From: Octopus bimaculoides
Taxonomy: Eukaryota
Length of the DNA stretch: 64,000 nucleotides
NCBI RefSeq assembly: GCF_001194135.2
Contig: NC_069006.1
Location: forward strand, 16,233,993 to 16,297,992
Direction: 5' to 3'
The notes under the pieces were generated by a model, which worked only from the letters and a program-made list of their open reading frames with translations, was not told the origin of the DNA and did no database searches. Shown in pieces: positions 63,408-64,000 of this stretch (position 1 is its first letter; each line of letters starts with the position of its first letter). The position numbers and the translations under genes are program-made.

Positions 63408-63619
63408 GAGGTGTGAAGTCGTGTATTGAAGAACCACAGTTGGTGTTAAGTCAGACAACGAAGAACTACAGTTGGTGTGAAGTCAGGCAGAGAAGAAATA
63501 CAGTCAGTTTGAAGTTGGGTGACAAGAAACACGAGTTAGTATGAAGTTGGGCAACGAAGAACTACAGTTGGTGTGAACCCGGGTGATGAAGAAATACAGT
63601 TGGTGTAAAGTTGGGCAAT
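63408..63619. repeat. Degenerate 32-bp minisatellite (about GAAGAACTACAGTTGGTGTGAAGTYGGGCAAC), about 6.6 copies
   Basis: Six contiguous 32-bp units from 63428, with substitutions but no indels. Confidence 0.9.
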
Positions 63620-63624
63620 GAAGG

Positions 63625-64000
63625 TGCAGGCGTGGCTGTGTGGTAAGTAGCTTGCTTACCAACCACATGGCTCCGGGTTCAGTCCCACTGCGTGGCACCT
63701 TGGGCAAGTGTCTTCTACTATAGCCTCAGGCCGACCAAAGCCTTGTGAGTGGATTTGATAGACGGAAACTGAAAGAAGCCCGTCGTATATATGTATATAT
63801 GCGTATGTGTATGTTTGTGTGTCTGTGTTTGTCCCCCTAGCATTACTTGACAACTGATGCTGGTGTGTTTACGTCCCTGTAACTTAACGGTTCAGCAAAA
63901 AGAGACTGATAGAATAAGTACTAGGCTTCCAAAGAATAAGTCCTGGGGTCGATTTGCTCGACTAAAGGCGGTGCTCCAGCGTGGCCGCAGTCAAATGACT
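63625..64000 (+). mobile_element. SINE family A, near full length, cut by the window end
   Basis: GCAGGCGTGGCTGTGTGGTAAG...CTCCAGCGTGGCCGCAGTCAAATGACT. Confidence 0.93.

Noticed and set aside
63408-63619. CRISPR-like array
   Set aside because: The units are contiguous with no unique spacers, there are no cas genes, and the context is eukaryotic.

Overview
Eukaryotic, AT- and microsatellite-rich scaffold window with many N gaps and no confidently identifiable host gene; it is probably intronic or intergenic. From my recollection of the repeat families it looks like a cephalopod (Octopus-like) genome, but that is inference, not a database match. Most recognisable content is mobile DNA. There are several tRNA-headed SINE families (labelled A, B, C and F here), some with clean 10-16 bp target-site duplications (TSDs). 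There are decayed LINE fragments of the RTE, Rex3-like, R4/Dong, CRE-like and Penelope clades, plus mariner, piggyBac and hAT MITEs and two minisatellites. The most striking signal is four insertions from three unrelated sequence families (11068-11502, 39779-40020, 44869-45202, 59116-59263) that share one architecture: a long inverted repeat with a one-sided extension, an about 12-bp TSD, and an intact, degenerate or truncated hammerhead-ribozyme motif at or near the inversion point. This fits non-autonomous Penelope-like retroelements. One of them also carries a Pol III B-box, suggesting a tRNA-headed, Penelope-tailed element. Two weak candidate exons are noted. Coordinates of decayed repeats are approximate (tens of bp).
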